Counted from the first letter of the stretch, positions 9,023 through 18,442 are shown. The stretch is 64,000 nucleotides of DNA from an uncultured Bacteroidales bacterium (GCA_947175635.1 CAMWNM010000005.1:7253-71252); one strand, 5' to 3'. The notes: a model not told the origin generated them from the letters alone. Numbers and translations: made by a program.

Positions 9023-10828
9023 CTACATCTTTTCCGGTGCGGAGATTCCCAGCAGATGCAAGCCTTTCTTGAGCGTTACGCCCGTTTGCTGCACCAAAGC
9101 CAGGCGGAAGGCCTTGAGTTGTTCGTTTTCTTCGCGCAGCACGTTGGTGTCCTGGTAGAAACCGTTGAAGTCTTTGGCCAGATCGTAGAGGTAATTGGCG
9201 ATAAGGGCGGGGCTGAACTGTTCGCCCGCCTGCTTCAAGACCGCAGGATAGGCCGCAAGGTTCTGAATCAGACTCTTTTCCTTGTCAGAAATATTCAGGC
9301 CCTCGGTTTGGTAGGCGATAAGTTCGTCGGGATTGCATCCGCTTTTGCGCAGCAGGGAACGGATACGGGCGTGCGTGTATTGCAGGAAAGGCCCGGTGTT
9401 GCCGTTAAAGTCGATGGATTCCTTGGGATTGAAAAGCATATTCTTTACCGGATCCACCTTCAGGATAAAGTATTTGAGCGCCCCCATGCCGAGTTCGAAA
9501 TACAATTTATCCATTTCCGCGCGGTCTTCATCCAATATAGACACACCCTTGGCGGCGCGGATTTCCTCGCCGGTCTCGCGGGCGGTCTCCGCCATCTTTT
9601 CCATCAGGTCGTCGGCATCCACCACGGTGCCTTCGCGCGATTTCATCTTGCCTTCGGGCAGTTCCACCATGCCGTAGGAAAGGTGCGTTATCTTCTCTCC
9701 CCAGGCGTAGCCCAGTTTGCGGAGCACCCGCTTCAGCACATCGAAATGGTAGTTCTGTTCATTGCCCACCACGTAGATGAGTTTTTGGGCGTCGAAATCC
9801 TTCTGGCGCAAACGGGCCGTTCCCAAATCCTGGGTCATATATACCGAAGTGCCGTCCTTGCGCAACAGCAATTTCTCATCCAGGCCTTCATCGCGCAGAT
9901 CCGCCCATACCGAGCCGTCTTCGTGTTTCACCAACACACCTTTCTCCAAACCTTCCTGCACCATGCTTTTACCCAGCAGGTAGGTGTCCGACTCATAGTA
10001 AATCTTGTCGAAGTCCACGCCCAATTTCGCATAGGTGGCATCGAAGCCCGCATATACCCAGGTATTCATCTTTCTCCACAGGGTCCGGATTTCTTCATCG
10101 CCGTCCTCCCATTTCTTGAGCATGGCCTGCGCCTCCTGCATCAGCGGCGTCTGGCGTTCGGCCTCGTCTTTTTCCATGCCGGGATGGGCGGTGAGCATCT
10201 TGTCGGTCTCTTCCTTGAGGTGATTGCTGAAAATTACATAGTATTTACCCACTAAGTGGTCGCCCTTCAAGCCCGAACTTTCGGGCGTTTCGCCATTGCC
10301 CCAGCGCAACCACGCCAGCATCGACTTGCAGATATGCACGCCGCGGTCGTTCACCAGATTCACTTTCTTTACCGTGTAGCCGTTGGCCTTGAGGATCTCG
10401 GCTACCGACCAACCGAGCAGGTTGTTGCGGATATGCCCCAAGTGCAAGGGCTTGTTGGTGTTGGGCGAGGAATATTCGATTACCACGGGCTTGGTATCTT
10501 TGGCCTCGGGTTCGCCGGCTTTGCGCAGCGTGTCTAAATATTTCACCCAGTAGGCATCGCTCACCGAAAGGTTCAGGAATCCTTTCACGGTGTTGAAAGC
10601 CGTTATGTCGGGGCAGTTCGCCTGCAGATATCCGCCTATCATCCGGCCCGTTTCTTCGGGGCTTTTCTTGGCCGCCTTTACAAAGGGAAACACCACCAAG
10701 GTGATGTCGCCTTCGAATTTCCGGTCGGTTTTCTGGAACTGTATGCCGGTCGCTTCCGTATCGGACCCGAATAATTCCTTTACGGCCTTTACGGCAAGCC
10801 TGCTCAAAATCTGCTCTATCGATTCCAT
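9023..10828 (-). CDS. argS: Arginine--tRNA ligase
   Basis: Class I HIGH-type motif SSPNTNKPLHLGHIRNNLLG, and the C-terminus ends ...APEKM as in ArgRS. I chose the start at MESIEQIL (10828) rather than the upstream ATG at 10867. Confidence 0.93.
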   Translation of the reverse strand: MESIEQILSRLAVKAVKELFGSDTEATGIQFQKTDRKFEGDITLVVFPFVKAAKKSPEETGRMIGGYLQANCPDITAFNTVKGFLNLSVSDAYWVKYLDTLRKAGEPEAKDTKPVVIEYSSPNTNKPLHLGHIRNNLLGWSVAEILKANGYTVKKVNLVNDRGVHICKSMLAWLRWGNGETPESSGLKGDHLVGKYYVIFSNHLKEETDKMLTAHPGMEKDEAERQTPLMQEAQAMLKKWEDGDEEIRTLWRKMNTWVYAGFDATYAKLGVDFDKIYYESDTYLLGKSMVQEGLEKGVLVKHEDGSVWADLRDEGLDEKLLLRKDGTSVYMTQDLGTARLRQKDFDAQKLIYVVGNEQNYHFDVLKRVLRKLGYAWGEKITHLSYGMVELPEGKMKSREGTVVDADDLMEKMAETARETGEEIRAAKGVSILDEDRAEMDKLYFELGMGALKYFILKVDPVKNMLFNPKESIDFNGNTGPFLQYTHARIRSLLRKSGCNPDELIAYQTEGLNISDKEKSLIQNLAAYPAVLKQAGEQFSPALIANYLYDLAKDFNGFYQDTNVLREENEQLKAFRLALVQQTGVTLKKGLHLLGISAPEKM

Positions 10829-10894
10829 GGTAAATCTCTTTCTAAAAGTGAATGGCTTAACTTGCAAAAATAGCGAAAAAGCGGGGAACTCGGC

Positions 10895-11800
10895 TCAGGC
10901 CGGTTTCTTCGATGCGGTTTTCCCCGAAAGATACACTCCGCCGACAATAAGTCCGGCCCCTATGATCATGATGCCTGTAATGGATTCATGAAGAACGAAA
11001 TATGCGGCTGTTGCGGTAATTACCGGCGAGAAATACAGATAGTTGGTGGCCTGCAATGGATTTATTTTCTGCAATACTCGGTTCCAGAAAAAGAAGCAGA
11101 GCAGGGAAGCCACAACCCCTAAGTAAAGCAGATTGCCGTACACCACAGGATCGGTGAGTCGGGAAAGCGGGTGGGGAACGGAAAAATAGAGCGGCAGAAT
11201 GGTTATCAGACCGTAAAAGAATACTTTGCGGGTGATGAAAAGATTATCGTAGCGCGGATTTAACTTGCGGATGCAAACCGTATAGAAACTCCAGCAAAGG
11301 GCGGCGGCGAGGCACAACAGATCCCCTTTGGGCGAAACCCGCAGTTTGAAATGACCGTTGAGAATCACGCAGGCCACACCTGCGATGGCAAGGAGGGACC
11401 CCAACAGGAAAGCCGTGTTGTTTTTTTTCTCCCGGGAATTTCTGTTGAACAGATGCAGCATGCCGGCTGTGAGCAAAGGGGTGATGCATAAGATAAGGGC
11501 GATATTGGTGGTTGCCGTATAACCCAGGGCTGTGTTTTCGGTATAGAAATAGAGGGAGCCTCCGAACACGCCGCTGAGGGCGGTAAGCAGTTCGTCTCTG
11601 ACAGAACGGGCAAACAGCCGCTTGTGCGAATAGGCCAGCATCAGCAGATAGGCGGCCAGAAAGCGGTAAAAGAATATCTCTTCAGGTGAAAGACCCTTGC
11701 CCAACAGCACTTTGGTGCATACAAAGGTGGTTCCCCATACCGCCACAATGGCGAAAGCCAGGATATGATAGGCAAAGATACCTTTATGCGTTTGGTTCAT
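10895..11800 (-). CDS. EamA/DMT family transporter
   Basis: A protein of ~10 TM segments with a two-repeat EamA-like organisation. I prefer the ATG at 11800 (MNQTHKG...) over the GTG at 11806. Confidence 0.75.
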   Translation of the reverse strand: MNQTHKGIFAYHILAFAIVAVWGTTFVCTKVLLGKGLSPEEIFFYRFLAAYLLMLAYSHKRLFARSVRDELLTALSGVFGGSLYFYTENTALGYTATTNIALILCITPLLTAGMLHLFNRNSREKKNNTAFLLGSLLAIAGVACVILNGHFKLRVSPKGDLLCLAAALCWSFYTVCIRKLNPRYDNLFITRKVFFYGLITILPLYFSVPHPLSRLTDPVVYGNLLYLGVVASLLCFFFWNRVLQKINPLQATNYLYFSPVITATAAYFVLHESITGIMIIGAGLIVGGVYLSGKTASKKPA

Positions 11801-11813
11801 AAGCACGTCCCTC

Positions 11814-11849
11814 TAAAAAAAGAAAACCGGAAGCGGGCTTCCGGTTTTC
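11814..11849 (-). terminator. Rho-independent terminator ending the 4-hydroxybutyrate operon
   Basis: On the minus strand, stem AAAACCGGAAG / CTTCCGGTTTT with a 4-nt loop is followed by a T-run (complement of the A-run at 11815-11821). Confidence 0.75.
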
Positions 11850-11873
11850 TTCCATCAGGCATGGCCCAAAGGA

Positions 11874-13226
11874 TTAACCCCACATTTCTTCATCGGAAGG
11901 AATGGCGATACGTTCGCACAAGGGCGCGATACGGGTCGTGTTAAGCAAATGCTTGTAGGTGAAGTTCTCGGAGATGGAGTTGTTGCCCCATGTACCGCAG
12001 CCCAACGTGTTGGTCACGGCCAATCCGTTCTGGATGGCGCCGCCGCCCGTGGTGGAGCTGATGGCGTTCACAACCACACGGCTCACGGTGAGCATTTCGC
12101 CGGCCATGATGATGTTGCCTTGGTTGTTGGAGTGTACGGCGGCCGTATGACCGTTGCCTTCCATGTGGAGGTTGGTCAACATGATCTTCAAGCCTTCTTC
12201 AAAGTGGTCGTAGCCGATGCAACCCATTACCGGGCACATCTTTTCCTTGCAGATCTGGTCTTGCGTGCCGGCACCGATGGCTTCGGCAACGATAACGCGG
12301 GTTCCGGCAGGAATGTTGAAACCGGCCATCTTGGCGATTTTGTCCACACCTTGGCCTACCACATCGCGGTTGATGGCGTTGTCTTTGAACAGAACGGCCA
12401 GAAGCTTTTTCTTTTCTTCATCGTTGACAAAGTAAGCGCCTTGTTTCTTGAAGGCGGCGAATACAGCTTCCTTGTCTTTCTTGGGATAAGCGAAGAACTG
12501 TTCGCCGGAGCAGATGATGCCGTTGTCGAAAGCACGACCGGTAATCACCTTGTTGGCGGCCTGTTCGAAGTCGATATCGGTATCGAGGATAACTTGAACG
12601 TTACCGGCACCTACACCGAAGGAAGGCTTGCCGGAAGAATAAGCCGAGCGAACCATGGGCATACCGCCGGTAGCAACCACTACATCAGCGGTTTTCATCA
12701 GTTCCTGGGTCGATTCGATAGAGGGTTCTTCGATAACCTGAACCATATAATCGGGCACGCCCATCGTCTTGAGTTTTTCCTGGATCATGTGAACCGTGGT
12801 GGAAGAACACAATTTGGATTTGGGGTGCGGAGCGATGATGATGGCGTTTTTGGTCTTGAGCGCGAACATGATCTTGCTCATCGGGGTAACGACGGGATTG
12901 GTCATGGGGGTGATGCCGGCAACCACACCGATGGGTTTGGCGATGGTGATCATGTCGGTGCGTTCGTCGATTTCGAGGATTCCCATCGACTTCTTGCCTT
13001 TCAGGTTATACCATACACCTTTGGATTTGTTGCGGCATTTGGCCACTTTGTCTTCGTAAACGCCCATCTGGGTTTCGTCTACGGCCATTTTGGCCAGCTT
13101 TTCAGCGTTTTCAAATACCACACGGGCGGTGGCTTTTACTACGGCGTCCGTGGTGCTTTGGTTGAAAGTTCTCTCAAAAATGGCTTGAGCTTCGCGAGCT
13201 TTCGCCACCATTTCTTTGATTTCCAT
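11874..13226 (-). CDS. sucD: CoA-acylating succinate-semialdehyde dehydrogenase
   Basis: 450 aa in the aldehyde dehydrogenase superfamily, with the catalytic Cys context RAFDNGIICSGEQ. Its position beside 4hbD/cat2/abfD matches the Clostridium kluyveri / Porphyromonas gingivalis pathway. Confidence 0.8.
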   Translation of the reverse strand: MEIKEMVAKAREAQAIFERTFNQSTTDAVVKATARVVFENAEKLAKMAVDETQMGVYEDKVAKCRNKSKGVWYNLKGKKSMGILEIDERTDMITIAKPIGVVAGITPMTNPVVTPMSKIMFALKTKNAIIIAPHPKSKLCSSTTVHMIQEKLKTMGVPDYMVQVIEEPSIESTQELMKTADVVVATGGMPMVRSAYSSGKPSFGVGAGNVQVILDTDIDFEQAANKVITGRAFDNGIICSGEQFFAYPKKDKEAVFAAFKKQGAYFVNDEEKKKLLAVLFKDNAINRDVVGQGVDKIAKMAGFNIPAGTRVIVAEAIGAGTQDQICKEKMCPVMGCIGYDHFEEGLKIMLTNLHMEGNGHTAAVHSNNQGNIIMAGEMLTVSRVVVNAISSTTGGGAIQNGLAVTNTLGCGTWGNNSISENFTYKHLLNTTRIAPLCERIAIPSDEEMWG

Positions 13227-13265
13227 GATGCTTATTGTTTTTTAAATTTTAATTGCGCGGTTCAA

Positions 13266-14378
13266 TTAAAAGAGTTCGCGATACACTTCGCGAATTTCTT
13301 CTTCGCTCAAGGGAACGTAATTGTTGTTGAGCAGACGTTGCTGGGTTTCCAGCACGCTCTTGGCGAATCCGGCCACTTCCTCGTCTTTCATGCCGTAGGT
13401 GTGAAGCGGATTTTTCTTGATAAGCTTGCCCAGCAGTTCATCCAAGGCATCGTAGGGATCGCCCGTGGTGTGGAGCAACTGTTGCAGATAAGCGTTCAGT
13501 TCCTTGATACGGCCGTTGGGGTTCTTCTTGTTGTAAAGGTGGAAAATGGCGGTATAGAACTGATAGTTGGCTTCTCCGTGGGGAACGTGGTAGTTGCCGC
13601 CCAGCGGATAGCTCAAGGCGTGAACGGCGCCTACGCCGGTATTGCCGAATGCGATGCCGGCAAAATTGCTGGCCATCAGCATATCGCCCAAACGCTCGAA
13701 GCGGTAGTCGGGGCCTTTTTCGGCAATCTTCTGGAATACGTCGATAATGATACGCATCGCTTCCTTGCCCAACGCTTCGGTATAAGGATTGGATTTGGGC
13801 GAAACGAAAGATTCGGTGGCGTGAACCAAGGCGTCAATGGCACTGCAGGCATAGAACTTGAAAGGAAGGCCCTTCAGGAGTTCGGGTACCAGAACAGCGT
13901 CGTCGGCCACGATGGCATCGTCGGCCAGCCCCATTTTGGTATGCAGGCTTACCAATTCGGCAATCGAGATGTTGGTTACTTCGCTGCCCGTACCGCAGGT
14001 GGTGGGAAGGATAACCAGCTGCTTTTCCTTTACGATGGGGATTTTGCGCAAGAAAGCATCGGTAACGTTTTCAACGCCTTTAAGCACAAACAGTTTGCAA
14101 CAGTCGATAACGGTACCGCCGCCCACGGCGACAACGCGGTTGTACTTTACGTTCTTCACGTCCTGAAGAATGGCGTTCATCATGTTGTCGGAGGGTTCGC
14201 CCAAACCGTATTTTTCCTGCATGATGAAATGACAGGGAAGATTGAGCGATTTCATGAAAGGTTCGTAAAGAAATTCGTTCGTGATCACCAAGTCATCCGC
14301 ACCGAGGTTGAATTCCTTGGCGAACGAAGCGAAGTCTTCGAATTGGCTCAGACGAGTCTTCAGCTTGAAAAGTTGCAT
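13266..14378 (-). CDS. 4hbD: NAD-dependent 4-hydroxybutyrate dehydrogenase (iron-type alcohol dehydrogenase family)
   Basis: Nucleotide motif VVAVGGGTVIDCCK and metal-site His cluster AVHALSYPLGGNYHVPHGEAN, together with the operon context. Confidence 0.8.
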   Translation of the reverse strand: MQLFKLKTRLSQFEDFASFAKEFNLGADDLVITNEFLYEPFMKSLNLPCHFIMQEKYGLGEPSDNMMNAILQDVKNVKYNRVVAVGGGTVIDCCKLFVLKGVENVTDAFLRKIPIVKEKQLVILPTTCGTGSEVTNISIAELVSLHTKMGLADDAIVADDAVLVPELLKGLPFKFYACSAIDALVHATESFVSPKSNPYTEALGKEAMRIIIDVFQKIAEKGPDYRFERLGDMLMASNFAGIAFGNTGVGAVHALSYPLGGNYHVPHGEANYQFYTAIFHLYNKKNPNGRIKELNAYLQQLLHTTGDPYDALDELLGKLIKKNPLHTYGMKDEEVAGFAKSVLETQQRLLNNNYVPLSEEEIREVYRELF

Positions 14379-14464
14379 GATATTTAATTTTAGATTTTCA
14401 ATCTACAATGCCTCCACCTTGGCGGAAGTAAAACTTGCTTTGCCTCCGCACTCGGTTCAGTCGT

Positions 14465-15787
14465 TTATTTTTTGAATCTTTTGCTGTATTCTTCTTCCAG
14501 CATGGCGCGGAAGTCGGGATGGGCGATGGCGATAAGCCGCCTGGCCCTTTCCTTGAGGCTGGCGCCTTTGAGTTTGGCCACGCCGTATTCGGTAACGATA
14601 TAATCCACATCGTTGCGGGGCGTGGTTACGGCCGCACCGTGCGAAAGGAACGGCACGATACGGGAGGCTGTGCCTTTGGCGGCCGTAGAGGGCATGGCCA
14701 TGATGGAGCGTCCGCCTTTGGACCAGGCCGCCCCTTTTACATAATCGAATTGTCCGCCGATACCGCTGAACTGCTTCAATCCGATGGATTCGGAATTCAC
14801 CTGGCCCATCAGGTCCACTTCAATACAGGAGTTGATGGAAACCAGATTATCGTTCTGGGCAATCACGCGGGGGTCGTTTACCCAATCCACGGGGCGCATT
14901 TCCACGCAGTCGTTATGGTTGGCGAAGTCGTAGAGTTCCTGGGTGCCCATCAGGAAAGTGGCCACCATCTTGCCGGGCAGCAAGGTCTTCTTGGAACCGT
15001 TGATGACGCCTTTTTTGACAAGGTTTACCACGCCGCTCGAAAACATCTCGGTGTGGATGCCCAGATCATGCTTGTCGTCGAGCGACATCAGCACCGCATC
15101 GGGAATACCGCCGATCCCGAGCTGCAGCGTGTCGCCGTCTTTTACCAAGGTGGAGCAGTTTTTACCGATGGCCAGTTCCACTTCGGTTATCTTGGCCGGA
15201 GGCAGGATGGCCAGCGGCGTATGATTTTCCACGATATAGCTGAATTTGGAAATGTGCATGAAATTATCCCCTGCGATGTAGGGCATATTTTCATTCATTT
15301 CAGCAATGACGATTTTGGCTTTGCGGGCGGCGGGCAACGAGTAGTCGCACGAAATGCCGAAACTGCAATTGCCTTTTTCATCGGGCAGGGATACCTGTAC
15401 AACGGCCACATCTACCGGAAAATATTCATCGAAGAAAGCCGGCACTTCCGAAAAATGGACGGGAATGAAATCCCCCCGGTCTTCGGCCACGGCCGCCCGG
15501 GAGTTACCGCCTACGAAATTGGTGACGTGACGGAAATGTCCCTCGGTTTCAGGCACGAGGTATTCCCCGTTGTTGATGGTGAACATGTGGTAGATCTTCA
15601 CATTGTGCAACCTGTCCATCTGGCGCAACATTTCCTGCGGCACCACACCCGGAACGCCTGCGGCATGCCCGAAAACGACGTTGTCATTGTCTTTAATCGC
15701 TTTTACCGCCTCTTCTACGGTAACGAAGTTCCCTTCCTTTTTCAAATCCATGGTATGACGTGTTTTTATTTTCTTCAACACAAGCAC
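14465..15787 (-). CDS. cat2: 4-hydroxybutyrate CoA-transferase (acetyl-CoA hydrolase/transferase family)
   Basis: 440 aa with the family motifs LQLGIGGIPDAV and FSGIGGQFDYVKGA, together with the operon context. Confidence 0.8.
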   Translation of the reverse strand: MLVLKKIKTRHTMDLKKEGNFVTVEEAVKAIKDNDNVVFGHAAGVPGVVPQEMLRQMDRLHNVKIYHMFTINNGEYLVPETEGHFRHVTNFVGGNSRAAVAEDRGDFIPVHFSEVPAFFDEYFPVDVAVVQVSLPDEKGNCSFGISCDYSLPAARKAKIVIAEMNENMPYIAGDNFMHISKFSYIVENHTPLAILPPAKITEVELAIGKNCSTLVKDGDTLQLGIGGIPDAVLMSLDDKHDLGIHTEMFSSGVVNLVKKGVINGSKKTLLPGKMVATFLMGTQELYDFANHNDCVEMRPVDWVNDPRVIAQNDNLVSINSCIEVDLMGQVNSESIGLKQFSGIGGQFDYVKGAAWSKGGRSIMAMPSTAAKGTASRIVPFLSHGAAVTTPRNDVDYIVTEYGVAKLKGASLKERARRLIAIAHPDFRAMLEEEYSKRFKK

Positions 15788-15798
15788 CCGCCCGCTGT

Positions 15799-16095
15799 CT
15801 ATTCCTTACGGGCGTGCATCAGTTTTTTGGCAAAAGCCAGCAAATCCGGATCGGTTTCGTTGATAAGGTACACCCGACCCGTTTCCGGGATCTCTTCCCG
15901 AAGTGTCTTTTCGATTACCTCCTCAAGGGTAATCTGCGCCGCCGGGCAAGTCCGGCACGCACCTTGGAATACCAGCCCCACATCCGTTCCCTTTATCTCC
16001 TTGATGCGGATATCTCCGCCGTGTTCCAATAAAGAAGGACGGATCCGCTCTTCTATCAGAGAGCGAACCCGACCTTCGAATTCAGGGTTGTCCAC
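15799..16095 (-). CDS. NifU-like (Nfu C-terminal domain) Fe-S protein
   Basis: 98 aa. RIRPSLLEHGGDIRIKEI...FQGACRTCPAAQITL carries the Nfu-type CxxC motif. Confidence 0.8.
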   Translation of the reverse strand: MDNPEFEGRVRSLIEERIRPSLLEHGGDIRIKEIKGTDVGLVFQGACRTCPAAQITLEEVIEKTLREEIPETGRVYLINETDPDLLAFAKKLMHARKE

Positions 16096-16100
16096 AGAAA

Positions 16101-17585
16101 TTACTTTTTAGCGGGCTTTGCAGGCCAGTTATCTTTCGATACGTCGATTTTGGCAATCTTGCGGGCCAATTCTTTCTTGGCTTCGAGGTTGCCTTGACGG
16201 GCAATCATGATACGTTGGGCCTGCGGAGAACCGGCACCGTGCAGCGATTCGGTACGATAACCTACCGCGGCGGTACCCAAGGTCATGTTTTCGATCAGGC
16301 GAAGCACACGCATTCTGTTTTCGGTAGCCGCACCGGTGGCACCCTTGAAGTATTTTTCAACATAAGGACCGGTTTCCTTGGAACGGAGATCCTGCTGCGA
16401 AGGCATGGTTACCATCAGACCGCCGGCGATATCTTCGGCCAGACGGGCGATTTCGTAAGGATAACGGGTTACGTTCTGTTTGCAGACATTGGCAAGGAGC
16501 AAATCGATCTGATAGTTGCCGGCCGGCATCTTTACCCCTTCGGCCGAACAGGCGATACCGCAGGCATAGAGGGTTTCGTTGAGGTGAATCATTTCGATGA
16601 GCTTGTCTTTGATATGGCTGGCTTTGGGCACACCGTTGTAGTCGGCGGCCAAAGCGGCGGCACCGATCAAGACATCGCCCACACCCACTTTACATCCGCC
16701 GTAAGACTGACGGTGATAACCGGCGAAGCGTTCCACCATCATGCCGGCAAACTGGTATTCCTTGCACATGAAGATACGTTCGTTGGGAACGAACACGTCA
16801 TCGAACACCACCAAGGCTTCGTGACCGCCGAACTGGGAGTTTCCGAGGTCGATTTCGGCATCGGGTTCCATCTTGCGGGTATCGCAGGACTGACGGCCGT
16901 AGATCATGAACACGCCCTTGGCGTCGGAAGGAATGGCGAAAGACACGGCGTAGTCTTTGTCTTCTTCTCTCATGGCGATGGTGGGCATGATCAGGTGTTC
17001 GTGGCTGTTGATGGCACCGGTCTGGTGGGCCTTGGCACCGCGGACCACGATACCGTCGGGACGTACTTCGGTGATGTGTACGAACAAATCGGGATCTTCC
17101 TGTTGCGAGGGAGCTAGACCACGGTCGCCTTTGGGGTCGGTCATGGCACCGTCAACGGTGAGGTCGTTCTTCTGAACGAACTTCATGTATTCGGTAAAAC
17201 GCTTGTGATATTCGGTTCCGAGCGCCTTGTCCATTTCGTAAGTGGTGGAGAAGATGGCGTTGAAAGCGTCCATCCCCACGCAACGTTGGAAGCAGGCGGC
17301 CGTTTTCTGTCCCATCAGACGCTGCATCTTCACTTTCTTGATAAGGTCTTCGGTGTTTTGGTGCAGGTGGCAGAAACGGTTCACTTTTTCTCCGATAAGG
17401 GGCGAATAGGCCGTCATCAGATCTTCGTATTCTTTTTTCTGCGCCAATTCGTAGGTCATGGCCACCGAATTCAAAGACGGGCGGATAATGGGGTGGTTAA
17501 CGGGATCTTTCACTCTCTCTCCGAACAGATAGACCTTCAGGTCCATTTTCTGGAGGCTCTTGATGTACTCTTCTGCTGTCATCAT
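16101..17585 (-). CDS. abfD: 4-hydroxybutyryl-CoA dehydratase / vinylacetyl-CoA delta-isomerase
   Basis: 494 aa with an HpaB-like fold. Candidate [4Fe-4S] ligands are in AACFQRCVGMD (Cx3C) and HRQSYGGCKVG (Hx6C), as in AbfD. Confidence 0.85.
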   Translation of the reverse strand: MMTAEEYIKSLQKMDLKVYLFGERVKDPVNHPIIRPSLNSVAMTYELAQKKEYEDLMTAYSPLIGEKVNRFCHLHQNTEDLIKKVKMQRLMGQKTAACFQRCVGMDAFNAIFSTTYEMDKALGTEYHKRFTEYMKFVQKNDLTVDGAMTDPKGDRGLAPSQQEDPDLFVHITEVRPDGIVVRGAKAHQTGAINSHEHLIMPTIAMREEDKDYAVSFAIPSDAKGVFMIYGRQSCDTRKMEPDAEIDLGNSQFGGHEALVVFDDVFVPNERIFMCKEYQFAGMMVERFAGYHRQSYGGCKVGVGDVLIGAAALAADYNGVPKASHIKDKLIEMIHLNETLYACGIACSAEGVKMPAGNYQIDLLLANVCKQNVTRYPYEIARLAEDIAGGLMVTMPSQQDLRSKETGPYVEKYFKGATGAATENRMRVLRLIENMTLGTAAVGYRTESLHGAGSPQAQRIMIARQGNLEAKKELARKIAKIDVSKDNWPAKPAKK

Positions 17586-17926
17586 GGCTTTAGTCTTTTA
17601 AGGGTTTATGTTTTTTCTTTTTGTTTCCGACAGGATTTTCAGCTATGGCGCAACCCGGACCCGCTTCTGCCCATGGTGCAGGCGAAAACGCTGTTCCGTC
17701 ACGCACCATAAAGCAAAACGCCCGAACATGCATTCCGCTCTGTTTCTGATGCACGGCTTCTGTAATAAGGGCCGCACACTTTCGTTAAGCTGCTGTCCAA
17801 GGCGCCTATCGATCCCTCTTCATCCGTCTTTCGCCCGAAAGCGTGCCGCCGGTATTGAGAGGCAACGTTTTTGAAAAAGGAAACCGCCCGTAGAAATATC
17901 TGAGAGGTCTCTTTTCCAAAGCGTGG

Positions 17927-17956
17927 CAAAGTTAACAAATTTCTTATAAGAACAAA
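17927..17956 (-). promoter_or_regulatory. Candidate Bacteroidota sigma-A promoter for the abfD operon
   Basis: Read on the minus strand: TTTG (17953-17956), an 18-nt spacer, then TAACTTTG (17927-17934). This fits the -33 TTTG / -7 TAnnTTTG consensus and implies a ~340-nt leader. Confidence 0.4.
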
Positions 17957-18123
17957 AGGGTTTTTTGCCCGAAATCCGTTGAAGAAAATTCCGCTTCCGC
18001 CTTGCCCTGAAGTTCCGCATGACTTGCATGCGATTGCTTGATTTTTATTGTAACACAGTAAAATATGGGTGCGTCCACGGAATGTTCGATAAATCCCGAT
18101 ATTTGCAACCTGAAAGGAAAGAA

Positions 18124-18439
18124 ATGAACTGGATTGTTTTGGTGTTGGCAGGCCTTATGGAAGTGGCCTTCACTTTCTGCCTGGGAAAGACCAGGACCGC
18201 CGTCGGTGTGGAACGGTATTGGTGGTGGGCTGGGTTTGCGGTGGCCTTGGTCTCAAGCATGTATTTGATGGCACGCGCCTCCCGCACGATTCCTCTCGGC
18301 ACGGTTTATCCTGTCTGGACCGGAATCGGTGCCGTCGGGGCTTCTGGGTATCTTCTTCTTTCATGAGCCGGTGACCTTTTGGCGTATCCTTTTTATAAGT
18401 ATGCTGATTGTGTCGATCGTGGGGCTTAAAATCGTATAA
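18124..18439 (+). pseudogene. sugE: SMR family (SugE/Gdx-type) small multidrug/guanidinium exporter, frameshifted
   Basis: Frame 1 gives MNWIVLVLAGLMEVAFTF...PLGTVYPVWTGIGAVG and then stops at 18364-18366. The +1 frame from 18341 continues LLGIFFFHEPVTFWRILFISMLIVSIVGLKIV* and ends at 18439, 4 nt before the next gene. Confidence 0.8.
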
Positions 18440-18442
18440 GGG

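Noticed and set aside
11949-14387. An 812-aa plus-strand ORF spanning sucD, the intergenic gap and 4hbD. Similar very long antisense ORFs occur at 491-2332, 2939-4420, 9056-10255, 14435-16111, 16194-17117, 24294-25337, 35044-36441, 36441-37673, 40405-41574, 51182-52516, 58076-58939 and 59156-60454.
   Set aside because: Each lies antisense to a gene with unmistakable family motifs. Their translations are low-complexity (rich in G/H/V/F/D/R) and carry no recognisable motifs. Long stop-free antisense frames are expected in GC-rich, codon-biased coding DNA.
18019-18123. Possible guanidine riboswitch (ykkC, mini-ykkC or guanidine-III) upstream of the SMR/Gdx-type gene.
   Set aside because: I looked for paired ACGR-loop hairpins and ykkC-like conserved blocks. 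Only a single tCCACGGa occurs, and it has no complementary stem arms. An Infernal scan would be needed to exclude a riboswitch formally.
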